A stretch of DNA of 29,940 nucleotides from assembly GCA_030141605.1 (NCBI GenBank), contig JAQGDQ010001677.1, positions 1 to 29,940 on the forward strand, in the 5' to 3' direction. Within the stretch, counting starts at the first letter, position 1. Every line of letters starts with the position of its first letter. Source of the stretch: Tubiluchus corallicola. Taxonomy: Eukaryota; Animalia; Priapulida. Under the pieces are notes generated by a model. The model was not told the origin of the DNA. It was given only the letters and a program-made list of their open reading frames with translations, and ran no database searches. Shown piece by piece: positions 1 through 14,230 of this stretch. The position numbers and the translations under genes were made by a program.

Positions 1-456
1 CCCCCCCCTTGAAATAGGGCCTGAGCACAGGTAGTTTTTCAATTGAATTTTTCCAACGCATAAGCCAAGTATTGTTACTTTGTTACTTTTCCTGCATTTT
101 GACTTTTGCACAGCGGAGGGTCACCGACCAACTTAGCTATTACTGAATAATGACTGTTGCTAATGTTTCTTTTCAAAACATTTCCCGTTCCAGCTTTGAG
201 CAGAATAACAGAAGGGAGGAAAGGACGGGTTCAAAGAGGAACACAGGCATCTATCAATGCATATTCCAGGACCTTAGCTTAGCTGGTTGGTTAGTTCGTA
301 TGCTGGCTGGCTGGCCGGCCGGTTAACGATTCGTTGGTTCGTTGGTACGTTGGTTTGTCCGTCGGCTAGTTGGTTCATTGGTCAGCGTGCAGCTAGCTTG
401 TTGGTTTGTTGGTGTGTTGGTAGCTTGGCAGTTTGTACTGTGTAAGTCGTTGGTTA

Positions 457-1942
457 GTTTAGTTTAAACATGATTTATTTAGGATTCGATCAGACAGTTT
501 GAACAACATGATTTAGGATTCTCACCACAACAGACTTTATACACTATTTTCAAGAACATTTACAGTAAGAATAGACTATAACTACACAAGGTGACAAGTT
601 TTGCTACAAGATTACATTAGACATTAGTAACATTCATAGTAAGAATAGACTATAACTGCACAAGCTGACAAGTTTTGCTACAAGATTACATTAGACATTG
701 GTAACATTTATGGTAAGAATAGACAATAACTACGCAAGCTGAAAGTTTTACTACAAGATTACATTAGACCTTAGTAACATTTACGGTAAGAATAGACTAT
801 GACTACACAAGCTGACAAGTTTTACTACAAGATTACATTAGACATTAGTAACATTTACAGTAAGAATAGACTATAACTACACAAGCTGACAAGTTTTACT
901 ACAAGATTACATTAGACATTAGTAACATTTACAGTAAGAATAGGCTGTAACTACACAAGCTGACAAGTTTTACTACAAGATTACATTAGACATTAGTAAC
1001 ATTTACAGTAAGAATAGACTATAACTACACAAGCTGACAAGTTTTACTACAAGATTACATTAGACATTAGTAACATTTACAGTAAGAATAGACTATAACT
1101 ACACAAGCTGACAAGTTTTACTACAAGATTACATTAGACATTAGTAACATTTACAGTAAGAATAGACTATAACTACACAAGCTGACAAGTTTTACTACAA
1201 GATTACATTAGACATTAGTAACATTTACAGTAAGAATAGACTATAACTACACAAGGTGACAAGTTTTGCTACAAGATTACATTAGACATTAGTAACATTC
1301 ATAGTAAGAATAGACTATAACTGCACAAGCTGACAAGTTTTACTACAAGATTACATTAGACATTAGTAACATTTACAGTAAGAATAGACTATAACTACAC
1401 AAGCTGACAAGTTTTACTACAAGATTACATTAGACATTAGTAACATTTACAGTAAGAATAGACTATAACTACACAAGCTGACAAGTTTTACTACAAGATT
1501 ACATTAGACATTAGTAACATTTACAGTAAGAATAGACTATAACTACACAAGCTGACAAGTTTTACTACAAGATTACATTAGACATTAGTAACATTTACAG
1601 TAAGAATAGACTATAACTACACAAGCTGACAAGTTTTACTACAAGATTACATTAGACATTAGTAACACTTACAGTAAGAATAGACTATAACTACACAAGC
1701 TGACAAGTTTTACTACAAGATTACATTAGAGATTAGTAGAAAATGACGGTCAGAAAACATTAATGTACGAATATTTAAGACTGATGCATTTCATATCAGA
1801 TAGAAACTACTGGAAGCGTTTAGTACGTAATATAAAGTCATGTATGCATTGGAATATTTTACAGTTAGTAACATAGTTAAATTCATCTTTTCCGAATAAT
1901 AACAACTTCAACAGATCATTCCTTCCTAAGGCAGCTATATAC
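457..1942 (-). mobile_element. 5'-truncated CR1/L2-group LINE (ORF2 C-terminus, 3' UTR and tail)
   Basis: The minus strand 1942->1807 reads ...RNDLLKLLLFGKDEFNYVTNCKIFQCIHDFILRTKRFQ*, matching the recalled LLxG..N..IF..FI..TKRF end of invertebrate CR1-like ORF2. The 3' end is AATAAATCATGTTT(AAACT)n at ~480-457. A 13-bp TSD with one mismatch flanks it: AAGTCGTTGGTTA (444-456) and AAGTCGTTTGTTA (1943-1955). Confidence 0.8.
555..1738. repeat. 74-bp minisatellite, ~16 copies, inside the LINE 3' UTR
   Basis: Unit AACATTTACAGTAAGAATAGACTATAACTACACAAGCTGACAAGTTTTACTACAAGATTACATTAGACATTAGT; GTAAGAATAG recurs at 565 and 639; head-to-tail with no spacers. Confidence 0.97.
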
Positions 1943-2907
1943 AAGTCGTTTGTTATAGGCTTCCTGACTGACAATGGCTTCTAGGTTAGCTTGGAAGTTG
2001 CGTCTTCAATATTGGTCACCCAGTTGGTCTACCAATTGACTTTATGCCCGTAAATCGTTTGATTGATAGTTTTTCTCGTATTTTCATTCATTCACTTGCT
2101 GATATTTGGTATAATTCTATGTTTTGCACCAGCAACGCCCTGTCCAGAATTTAAATTCCGCTATATTCATATTCAATACAGTTCAGGCCTTTAACTAGGT
2201 CAATTTCTAGAGAAAGATATGTTTAGTTTAGTTTACGGTACGACTTCTTCTTATAAAGAATGTAGCTCGCAAATTTCTATATCTAAAGATAATTTTCTTT
2301 CTACGTATTGGACCTAAATCTTTACAGACTTTACAAACGCCCTAACTCTTGCTATACACGGTTGCTTAATTATGTTTATTGTTGATCTTGAAAAGTTTAC
2401 AGTTTAACACTTTGTTTAAGCTTATCAGTGCGTCTGGCATAACGTCTCTTACCCCTGTTTTGTAGCCCATGCAGTTCGTCAGTAATTGGTCATTTACCCT
2501 CTGCCCTTGGAAACTATTGGTCGTTCACCGGCTGTACTTGACCCTTATTTATGACATACTGCCATCGTAACAAGAAAACAACAAATAAATAACAGATCGA
2601 TATACTGCCCTCTAGCGAAAATTATAATGTTTATTTTATTGATTAACTTTCCAAGTAAAACTAGTTTATACGTTAATTTGTATTCTCTTCACGATTTGGG
2701 CTTGGCCTTTATTATTGGTGACACGTGATTGAAAGTAGACACTGCAGTGGAAAGTAAAAACAGTAAAACAATATATTTAATAACATAGCTAGGTATTGCA
2801 AAACAAATAGATTGTTTAATCATGTAAAACATGAGCGTGGTATAAAAAAGTTTGTATATTTATTGTTTTCTAAATGTGTAATTTTATAGTTAACATGTTT
2901 TCCAGGC

Positions 2908-3304
<397 letters not shown>

Positions 3305-4194
3305 ACCGCAAGAGTTTACTTAGCGCGCCGAAACCGTCAGCCTTTACTTTGACCCCTGAAACAACTTTTTCACTGTTCCGATTTAGTGAACCAAGAATAA
3401 CGGATAACGATGATTTCAAATCGTTCGTCGTTTCAAAAAGCTTGCAGAAAATCTCACAGAAGAACAGCTGTCATTGAGAATTATAAGGCTGACCACATGG
3501 TCTTTGTTTGATGGCAGGTAATAATGGATGGAAGGGTATGTCTGCGGCTGAGTGAGCGGAGCTAAGCTCTAACTGAGATTTTTTTAATTTGCATAACATA
3601 ACGCATACTACAATAACCAAGTTTATTTGCTTTCATGTTTCGGGCATTTTGAGACCGAGTCTTGTCTATAAATCTGTTGTTATATTGCTGGTACAGCAGC
3701 GTACAACGTTTTCAAAATAACGAGTTTCAATTTCCCAAACAAAAGACACGTAGGTATGGAACCGTACGCAGTGGTGTCACACTGTATCTATCCCAAACTT
3801 TATTTCCTAAAGAGGTGAACAAATTCTCGTTCCGTACATTTATTTTAGCTACTGCAGTTCTTGCAGGAAGAAATTAATGCCACTGCCAGTTTTTTCGAGC
3901 GCCAAAATTCAGCTCGGTGATTTTGCATCGCTTTTCCACGTACGGAATTCAGTTTACTGATGTTGTTGTTTTTCAACTAGCAAAAATCAGCTAAGTCGTA
4001 TTGCATGCTAATGTTTTTCAAGAAGAAAAACTTACCTATTCATTCTTATTAAATTAGTAAAAAATTAGCGTGACCCTGACATTTTTGTCGAGTGCCAAAT
4101 TTGAGCTCGCTGATCCAGCTAATTTTTTCCGAGCAAAAAATTCAAATCACCGATATTAATGTTTTTGATCACAAATGTTTAGGAGATTTTGGTT

Positions 4195-4596
4195 TTGATT
4201 TAACTCTTTATTTCGAACTAGCTTAATAGAATACATAACATACAATAATTACAAGACATATAATAATTATAACCCCTCCTCTCAACACATGCAAACTAAT
4301 ACATAAATAAATAAAATAACAGTACAATATATATACATATATATATATATACTATATCATACGTCCAGCCTGAATCCACACCCATAATTTCTACCTAATA
4401 CTTTCCTCCATTGGTCTCTTGTGTCTGAAGTGTAAAATGCTTCACTGTTATTCAATGCGTTTATAAGAAGATTTGAGCTTTGCATTACTCTACTGTACAG
4501 ACTGTATGCAGTTTTCCTATGTATTACATCAAAGTATAAAACATCGTGGTCTACTGAAATAGTCTTAGAACTATAATGATAAGATAGGCAAATACA
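4195..4596 (-). mobile_element. Non-LTR retrotransposon 3' remnant (ORF2 C-terminus plus 3' UTR; clade uncertain, possibly Proto2/RTEX-like)
   Basis: A stop-free minus frame 4596->4357 reads CICLSYHYSSKTISVDHDVLYFDVIHRKTAYSLYSRVMQSSNLLINALNNSEAFYTSDTRDQWRKVLG...*, resembling the recalled F..RK..YS..R..S.N..I..L..S....W LINE C-terminus. An AT-rich UTR follows, ending at GAAATAAAG (~4206-4214). No clear TSD. Confidence 0.55.
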
Positions 4597-5504
4597 GCCA
4601 AAATTTTTCTGTTTGGTTGTAATAAAAAGGACAGTGGGTTTTTATACAGTTTGCACTCTGCAAGTTGGCATTCAGCATTGTGTCGTAGAGCCTTTTTATA
4701 GGATCATAACATATTTTATTAGCAAGGATAATCCACTAAGATGAGACGCTAACGGAAGGTATCTCTGCCATGGTGCAGCACGTCCACATTATTATGATGT
4801 AAATAATGGGGGGGTGGTATAAATGAAGCCGCCCTGAACGGTTTTCCGACACCCATCCATTTACTGGTCAGGCAGAGAGTTGCGCGACTTCCGCCGGCAA
4901 GCACACGTCGCGTATGTTAAGTTATTCCCTTAGTCCTGATATTGCACGAAATCTCTTCGAATGTAGCTAATCTTTTTAACACTCATAAACTTCCAGCACT
5001 TGAAAGAGCGTGTCACTTCATGTTATCGTCTGTGAAAAGGTTTCTTTTGCGGCACGATATAATCTTCTGTTATATTCTCACCTATGTAAACAAAAGCAGT
5101 TGATACAATCATAAAGCAAATTGAAATGTAAACAACAGTGTGGTGTGATCTAAACAAATTCAACGTTTGTTTGCGCAGCTTTCTTTGTGCTGCGGATCTT
5201 ATTGCTTGTGATAAAAATACACTTTGCAAAAAATTGTGTGAGTTTAACATTTTGAGTAAACAGAAGCACTTGAGAAATGGGGAGTGTTTCGGGGGGGATT
5301 ATAATATACTGTTCTTTTTGAAAGACTTACTTGGTCGGTTTGTGAAAAAGTGAAAGCGTGCGAGGGAAAGTAAGAAAGAACCCAGCGTTGTTTTAGCTCA
5401 GCCAAAAACGAGGTGGAATCGAGGAAAGCGAAAAAAGGAAGGAGAGGAAGCAGAAAAGGGTGAGTAAGTAAGAAAACGAAAAAGTTGATAAGGTTAGAAA
5501 AGAC

Positions 5505-6129
<625 letters not shown>

Positions 6130-7408
6130 CAAAGCCAAACACTAACCCCATTATTTTGTGTTTGTTTATACTGTAGTAGGTTGCAGTAGACTTACTCAAT
6201 AACGCTGCTTTGTTCCCAACGCTGAATTTGTGAAGATGTGTTCATAAACTGTTGGCGAAGACATTCTAATTGCTGGCAAGATTATAACGGTGTGTAAATT
6301 CACGCTACCATGGGTGTGGTATCTGTTTCTTTCGTCCTGGTGCTAACTAGCATCAGGTAGTGTTGCTCGACTCGTTTAACCCCCTGCAGCGAATGCGTTC
6401 GTCCATTAGTTCTCGCCTCTACACAAGCCCATTCGTAAACTTACGCTTGTGGTTGTGCTTTGAGTTTATGAAGGTTCTTACTTTCCGTTCGTGTGTATTA
6501 GGCAGCGTATTTACTGAAAATGTCTCGGCAAGGTTATTCCTGTTGCGTCGCCGACACATTTAAAGCGAATTTTTCTACTTGAGTAAAGAAACGGATATAT
6601 TATTTCTTCAATTGATAACCAGGTAGGACATTACTACAGTAGATTCTGAAGTTTTATTATTATCACATTCAGTACAGTAGTAACAATGATTACAAACTAA
6701 CAAAAATTTTACTTACATAATATATAAAAATCTTCATTGCAAAGATTATGCACTAGTGCAGAGTAAAACAAGTTATGTCCTACATAAAATCAGTGTATAA
6801 CCAGTCAGTGTCAGACTGTGCACAATTGTGTCAGTTAGTCTAAGTTAAAAAAAGCATAAGAATAAAAACGTTAAAATACTACATTACGTATCTACAAATT
6901 TGTATACACAACGATATACAATGATGACAAATAAAAATTATGTTAATTAATTCGATAATTGTTATTAACAATATTACAGATATGATAAATGATCAATTGA
7001 ATTTTTATAAAATGTTGGCATGTGTCTGAGTAAGAATGACGTAAGATATAACTTACAACTTCGTACTGTAATTACTATGTTTAACACACTCATTAAAGCA
7101 GGTGACATGCCATGTAAATTTTGTCTAGTATTTTGAAACTTTTAGTGAAACTGTCGGATTCTAGTTCAATTTTGATTCAAAGAGTTTCGCCTTTTTGGAG
7201 AATTAAATTTTCAGTCGTTTTCTTGAAAAATATGGCGACTTAGAGTCTCTTGGCGACAAACGAAAGTTGAGAGGCAAAGATGATATTTTAATATATTTAA
7301 AAATAGATTCCGTTTTCGTTCTGCTTACGATGGTGCTGACTCAAAGTTACACACATTACCTCTGACTCACAGTGACCTATTACAGGTTATCTACAATCTA
7401 CAGGGCTA

Positions 7409-8007
7409 GGGGAGACCCGGGTAAAGCGGATCAAATGTGTTTGCTCTTTTTTCCGTAAGGCGTCGCAGTCTACGCACTGTATGATGTTACGTCATCATCT
7501 ACTGTGTACTCTGCATAAACGACCTCGACCTTTGCAAAGTTTGTCTAAGCGCGGAACACAAAAATAAGTTTTTCACCCACTTGCGATTTTTCACTTTTAT
7601 AGATGATGATGACAAATTCCAGTTAGTGCAGATTTATTCGCTACCGTTTTTACATATGATGGATGGTTCATTGCTGCTTCATATCAATTTATTTTCGCAA
7701 AATAAACAAAATCGATTTAAAAGATATTGTTAGTTATGTTGAGCTCAACCACTCAGGACAAAACGGATCACTTTGCCCATACGTATGATCCACTATGTCC
7801 GTAAAAGATCCACTTTGCCCTAGAAATTTTGGTTTCGTATTTCGGAATTATCTGTTAAACGAGTAATAGTAATTATAAGTTTTTACCACATGAATATAGC
7901 AGAGTTTCCTAGGGAAGAATAGGACATGTAATTGATTGTTACAGATCAAACGTCTTAAACTTTATGAGCGAAAACCCTTAAATGATCCACTTTACCCGGG
8001 TCTCCCC
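7409..8007. mobile_element. MITE, Tc1/mariner-pogo type (TA TSD, 25-bp TIR)
   Basis: TA|GGGGAGACCCGGGTAAAGCGGATCA (7407-7433) is the reverse complement of TGATCCACTTTACCCGGGTCTCCCC|TA (7983-8009) with one mismatch. Internal GATC(C)ACTTTGCCC-like motifs occur at ~7766-7820. No coding capacity. Confidence 0.9.
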
Positions 8008-8144
8008 TATGTAGAGCCTGCCTCAGCCTAGAGAGGCTAGAGTAGAGACTGTTATAATATTAACTCTTGCTCTGATTTCCTCTGTCGTTTCCTCAACTAA
8101 AACGCGTCTGTCTTCTAAATCAGGATGAGGAATATAGTTATCAG

Positions 8145-8433
8145 TAGGGTGGGTGAGAAAGCGAATTCGAATCGAATCGAATTTGTGACTTTCGAATTCG
8201 AGTTGAGATTGAAAGATTTTCGAACAAGTTTTCGAATCGCCAGTAAAATGAGTCTTACGAAGATCATTTGTTTGTCACAGAAATCACAGCTAAATTATGC
8301 TATTTGCGTGATGTTTTAATCGTTTTAATGATGAAGAACTTACGTGATTGAAGGGCCGAATTATTCGAATCTATAGTCTTAAGTTCGAATCGAATACGGA
8401 CTAAAAACCTCGAACGTTCGATCCTCACCCCTA
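8145..8433. mobile_element. hAT-type MITE (TAGGG...CCCTA ends, TCGAA-rich subterminal repeats)
   Basis: Ends TAGGGTGGGTGAG and CTCACCCCTA; 8-bp TSD GTTATCAG (8137-8144) / GTTATAAG (8434-8441) with one mismatch; many TTCGAA/ATCGAA motifs at both ends. Confidence 0.82.
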
Positions 8434-8765
8434 GTTATAAGTCACGAACAAATTGCATTTTAACTGCGAGTTGCTGACGTTCCAAATAATGCAGCAAATT
8501 ATAGTTTAGAAAAGTAGCATACTCTGCTGTTGTTGACCGGTTGACCGTTCCTCGTCCATGAATAGCTGGACAGATGGAGAATAATAACAATTTTGCATGA
8601 CTTCCTGTCTCGTGGTTTGAACATTTGGATTAGGAGAAGATAGTTGGATTTGTAGTCGAGTACAATGGTCAACCCTCCGCGAGCACAATGGATTACTGTG
8701 CAAAAGCTGCCGCTTGCTAATAATAACGCTCTTACCCGTTGCAAGGTACAGTAGTAGGCCTACTA

Positions 8766-9274
8766 CAGGGATGAGAATTTTCCGTGGATACGAGGAATTC
8801 CGAGTTTTTGGAAGGCCAGTAGTGCCATTCTTGTAAATCGCGTAAATTCGTTGAGAAAATTTTTACCGACCCAGTACATTATTTCTCAAGCTGACCGCTA
8901 GTTGGCAGGCCGTCAGTTTGTTTACATCACGTACATCAGTGTAACCACGTGTAGATCTCTATGTATAAAAATATAGAATCAATTATGCAGAGTTATTTGA
9001 GTCAATTGCAGACAGTTTTTATATACTTTTGCATAGGAGCGGCCAGTACTTAAGCTTTTTTGAGACAATTAGGTATCATGTATCCTTGATAGTTGGATAT
9101 TTTAAATTATGCATGAAACAAGGTAATTGATATTTTAAGTCCACTTAGAGGCTCTCTATGGTCACAAAATTGCAATTTGTTGCTGGCTCCCCTTTAACCC
9201 CCATGGGGGCCTATGCGGCCCCTAACCCCCCGGCCTGTTTCAGAGTTTTTTGCAATTTGTCATTCTCATCCCTG
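8766..9274. mobile_element. hAT-like MITE (13-bp TIR CAGGGATGAGAAT)
   Basis: Perfect TIR CAGGGATGAGAAT (8766-8778) / ATTCTCATCCCTG (9262-9274). Direct repeat CTACTA lies on both sides (6 bp visible; hAT normally makes 8 bp). Confidence 0.82.
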
Positions 9275-9811
9275 CTACTATATGAACCACCTATAGTAGT
9301 TCTTATTCGGGGAATCTAAGTCTCTGTTTTCTTTTGATATTATTTTTAAGACATAGGATAATGGTGAATGGAGTTACCATTAATGCTTTACCCTACAAAT
9401 CGTGTTTTGAGGCTGCAGTATTGATATACGCAGATTAAAGTTGTAAGTACTGTGTTGCATAGTCTATTTAGTTACTTCACTTTCAAAAAAGTTTAATTTC
9501 TTCCCCTATAGACGTACATTGACAGTTTATTTTCTTGTCCTACTTCATAAATATATTGCACGGTGTAATTAGCAACGCTAACAATTTTTTTTCACAATTT
9601 ACGGTAGGGTAGGGTAGCTGACTTGATGACCAATTGGTGTTTTGCTTCCTTTTCTCCTGCACCCCCTTAACTCTTTCCTTTATGCATTCCTTTACCCCGA
9701 TGAATTAATAATTATGTCAACTATGATCTATTTATATTCTAGTGTAAATGACGAGGTAAATGAAAAATGTCTATGTCTATGTCTAGGTATTGTTAAGCCA
9801 TAGGTCAACTG

Positions 9812-10616
9812 GGTAGTTCGTATAAACGCCTCTAGTACTTTTGGTAGTTCGTATAAACGCCTCTAGTACTTTTGGTAGTTCGTATAAACGCCTCTAGTAC
9901 TTTTGGTAGTTCGTATAAACGCCTCTAGTACTTTTTTAAGTTCGTAAACACCTCTAGTACTTTTGGTAGTTCGTATAAACGCCTCTAGTACTTTTGGTAG
10001 TTCGTATAAACGCCTCTACTACTTTTGGTAGTTCGTATAAACGCCTCTAGTACTTTTGGTAGTTCGTATAAACGCCTCTAGTACTTTTGGTAGTTCGTAT
10101 AAACACCTCTAGTACTTTTGGTAGTTCGTAAACACCTCTAGTACTTTTGGTAGTTCGTATAAACGCCTCTAGTACTTTTGGTAGTTCGTATAAACGCCTC
10201 TAGTACTTTTGGTAGTTCGTATACACGCCTCTAGTACTTTTGGTAGTTCGTATAAACGCCTCTAGTACTTTTGGTAGTTCGTATAAACGCCTCTAGTACT
10301 TTTGGTAGTTCGTATAAACGCCTCTAGTACTTTTGGTAGTTCGTATAAACGCCTCTAGTACTTTTGGTAGTTCGTATAAACGCCTCTAGTACTTTTGGTA
10401 GTTCGTATAAACGCCTCTAGTACTTTTGGTAGTTCGTATAAACGCCTCTAGTACTTTTGGTAGTTCGTATAGACGCCTCTAGTACTTTTGGTAGTTCGTA
10501 TACACGCCTCTCTAGTACTTTTGGTAGTTCGTATACACGCCTCTCTAGTACTTTTGGTAGTTCGTATAAACGCCTCTCTAGTACTTTTGGTAGTTCGTAT
10601 AAACGCCTCTAGTACT
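9812..10616. repeat. 31-bp minisatellite, ~26 copies
   Basis: Unit GGTAGTTCGTATAAACGCCTCTAGTACTTTT; two 29-bp variants and three consecutive 33-bp variants near the 3' end; no spacers. Confidence 0.97.
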
Positions 10617-10838
10617 CTCTCTGTGTTATGTTGTAGCTACAGAACAGTAATTCACACAATCGCATAAAATTACGGCAATATTATTTTGGTTATAGTGTTC
10701 ACGCCAGTTTGAATGATAGCTTGCTGTTGTCATTTTTGATTGTACCTGCATCATGGACATGAAAGAGCGGTGATGACAAAACCCAGCATTAATGTTTACG
10801 ATCCTCGCGCATTGTAATTATGCGGCAAAATTAATGGC

Positions 10839-11294
10839 GTGACATGATGGTGGTTCGCTAAAAGTCTGAAACATGAGTCGAAACAGTTTACAGGTCACAG
10901 CACGATGAACCAATGCAATTACGAAACGAACACCAAATTTTGTAAACATTTTTTTATGATGTAGACCAATATGGCGGTGATTAGTGACTTTCGAATTCGA
11001 ATTGAGATTGAAAGATTTTCGAACAAGTTTTCGAATCACCAGTAAAATTAGTCTTACGAAGATCATGCATATTGCTAGATTTGTTCTGCAGTAAAACCAC
11101 TAACAGTTTGTTTGAAATTTTGCACAGAAATCACAGCTAAATTATGCTGTGATATGATGGTGGTTCGCTAAAAGTCTGAAACGTGAGTCGAAACAGTTTA
11201 CAGGTCACAGCACGATGAAGCAATGCAATTACGATACGAACAGCAAATTTTGTAAACGTTTTTTATGTTGTAGTCCAATATGGCGGTGATTTGT
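10839..11294 (+). repeat. A-B-A' structure: ~145-bp direct repeats flanking a segment homologous to the hAT MITE interior
   Basis: 10839-10986 closely matches 11149-11294 (GTGAYATGATGGTGGTTCGCTAAAAGTCTGAAAC...CAATATGGCGGTGATT). The middle, 10984-11148, matches 8186-8301. Confidence 0.9.
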
Positions 11295-14230
11295 GGTATC
11301 ACGATATCCTGAACAAAGGTTCGTTTTATGTGTAAAGTGTACTGCTATACTGAACCCATTCAGCCATACTTGCCTAGTTAGTAATACGTTAGCAATTTCT
11401 CTTTATTAAAAAAAATTCGATACAGTTTCTTTGCAATTAATTAACACGTCACTGCTCCATTTCGGAAAACGTTTTCCCAAGCTATATTTGATATGATCTA
11501 TTGTTGATCTTCAGTGATAATAAAAAATTATCGATGACGTTCTTCTATATCTGATTTTTAGTGTTTTTTGTCTGTGCTGTAATGGTGTCATACCTCGAAC
11601 ATATTTTAAGACTATCTGGGAGTTCTATAGTATCTCTTTTAGCCACCGGCAACTGCAAAGTTGATAACTCCCACTGGGACACCTCCCCCCAGAAACATAA
11701 TATTTATCGTAATGGCTAGTAGCTGCTCTGTGTACACTAGGTTATTTGGATATTGTGAGATCATTTGGCCAGCGGCTAGTCGGCAAGTCGGCTGTAAAAC
11801 AGCTGCTAATGTTTTTACGCTGTTTATTTTCACATCTGTATGTTGTTTAGCACCTGTTTAGGACTCAAGGCTCGTACTAACATAGAATTTCCTATTTCTG
11901 TGCATCTTTTTTTGAATTGTGCTTTTTCATTTTGTTTTAGTACTTTAGTACTTGAATGATCTGCACAATTTGTGCCTTATGTACGCGTAAATTAACCGGA
12001 ACTCTATGTACGTATACGTGAGAAAGTATGTATGTTTAATATTTTTAATTTAATCAGTTTCTTAATGTAAATAAATGCTGTTCAGTCAAGTTTTATCCTG
12101 ATTTCTCTGTATGTCACATGTAACAATCTTTTGTGTAGATCGTTTTCTTTATAGTGTATTTATAAAGTTGTGCGAATTCGGTAATATTTATATATTTTAT
12201 TGGGTAATCACAATTATCACAATTACAAATCACACAATACACACACCGATTATAAAGATACAATTACACAATATACGGAGCTACAAAAAACCTTCACCAC
12301 GTTACCAAGAACATAATTACGCAAGTCAAACTCAACAATGTAAACCAAAGAATGTAAACTAATGTATGTGAACTATGTAAACTAAATGTTACATGTGTTT
12401 ACAACTATCTTAAGTTTGTGTTTATTCATGTTGTATATACATATATATATATATATATATTTATTTATATATTCATGTTGCATATATATATAATTCGTTT
12501 ATTTTCAATTTATAATAATTACATTCGGAAACTGACACATTTTAAAACAAAATTACAGCAATTTGGAGAAATTCTGAATCGTTTGAGCTTAATAGTAATT
12601 TTAGTTTGTCATCATCTAATAAGTAGGTAAAGTTTGGCACCTACTTATAGTAATAAAAGCCTGTGTTAGTGGCGGTTTCTATTTCATGTAGTAACATGTC
12701 TAATTTTATTCGACCGATCAAATATTTTATCCGTAGTATGGAACTGAAAATTGTCATAATTATGCGGTAATGTTCTGAGAAACAAGACTCAAGTGCTTGT
12801 CCGGGATTTGAACCCAGGTCGCAATTTCTATACCAAATATTTTCCCGTGTTTATTCCAGGATTGGTGTTCTGGCTGTAGTCAGCTCGCTTGCTGTTTATT
12901 GTTTAACGCTTAATGTTGCGAGGAGCCGTATCAACGAAGGCAAAACGGAGGAAAGAGAAGACTAACTTTCGACCTACCTACACACCCACGTTTATATAAA
13001 AATTTGTAATTTCATATTTTTCATTGTTACAGTCTTTTTTAAAGCAAAACCGAACCCAATCTTAAACTGTAGGTAAAACAGCCTACTTGTTAAAATATTG
13101 GAAGGAAACACACAATTTTTTCAAACATGATTAACATGAAAGAATTGTTACCACACAAACGCAATTTCGCGTTCGCGCCACTAGTTCTTCGCTGTTACGT
13201 GCATTTCACCATTCTCTAGTTAGACGGCACTAGCGCCTGTATTTCGGAAAAACGCTGCACAAAAAACATGTAAGAGAGGCTGCACCTCTTAGTTCAGATG
13301 TGTTCGTTAGTGACGTAGTGCACACGTTCGGCAGCTCATACTTGAGTACAGCGGTAAATTTGAAATTTGAATTTTTATCTGCCGTTTTACACTGAATATC
13401 TTACAGTAGCACTGTACTTCAATTTTCGTTTTCACAAACACGTGTAACATGCTCGTCAAATGTTCTTCCTGTTGAAAATTATGTTAGTTTGTGATGTCAG
13501 CAATAGTTGGGCTTGCCCACCGTTAATTCAGTTTTTAATTTATTATTTAATTATCAGAAACGCTTTTGCAGTATTAATCGTGTTAAAATGTATACTTTTT
13601 ATCGGACCTCAAAATGGGATAGTATGTGAAAAATCATCCTGTCTTCCTTTAACTAGGGATTTTTGATAACAAAAATAACTCTTCCTTTAAGTTGCTGAAC
13701 TAAATCTATACGCAAACAAGACGGAAAAGCAAAAAGGGCTGATGCAAGAGGCTGGAACAGCTCATTGTGGTTACCTCCGTTGAGAGAAAGGAAAGAAAGA
13801 TGCCTGTTTAGAATGAGAAAACTTTCCTCCTTTCTTGCAAAATATAAAAATGAATTTTTTAACAACCCACAGGTGTTTTTTTATATTCCTCCTGCATGAT
13901 TAACAGGACAAATGGTAGCTGTTACACCTGCTGCAGCTTCCCATTAACTCTTTACTACTGTGTGTAGCGCCTGATCTTGTCTGGATGTTGCTTTGGGCAC
14001 TTAGCACCGGTGTGCGAATTTTCGGCATAACGGAAGCCGGTCATTTTATAGAAGTCGGTCTGCTATTTTGTTAAATAAAACATCTGCCTCTGAATTTCGT
14101 CGATAATAAAAATTTTACTAGTACTAGTACAAGTTGAGGTGGAAGTTCCGAGAGGCCTGAGAGGGATTCTGAGATAACAGTGCTAACTGCAAATATTCGT
14201 CGCGACTTTCTGTCATCTTACTTATTGTAA

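Noticed and set aside
9812-10616. CRISPR-like 31-bp repeat array
   Set aside because: Units are head-to-tail with no unique spacers, there are no cas genes and the context is eukaryotic. The same applies to the 36-, 67-, 74- and 86-bp arrays.
12800-12825. tRNA gene from a minus-strand box B (also 28152-28170)
   Set aside because: Only a GGTTCRAATCCC box is visible and no cloverleaf forms; likely decayed SINE heads.
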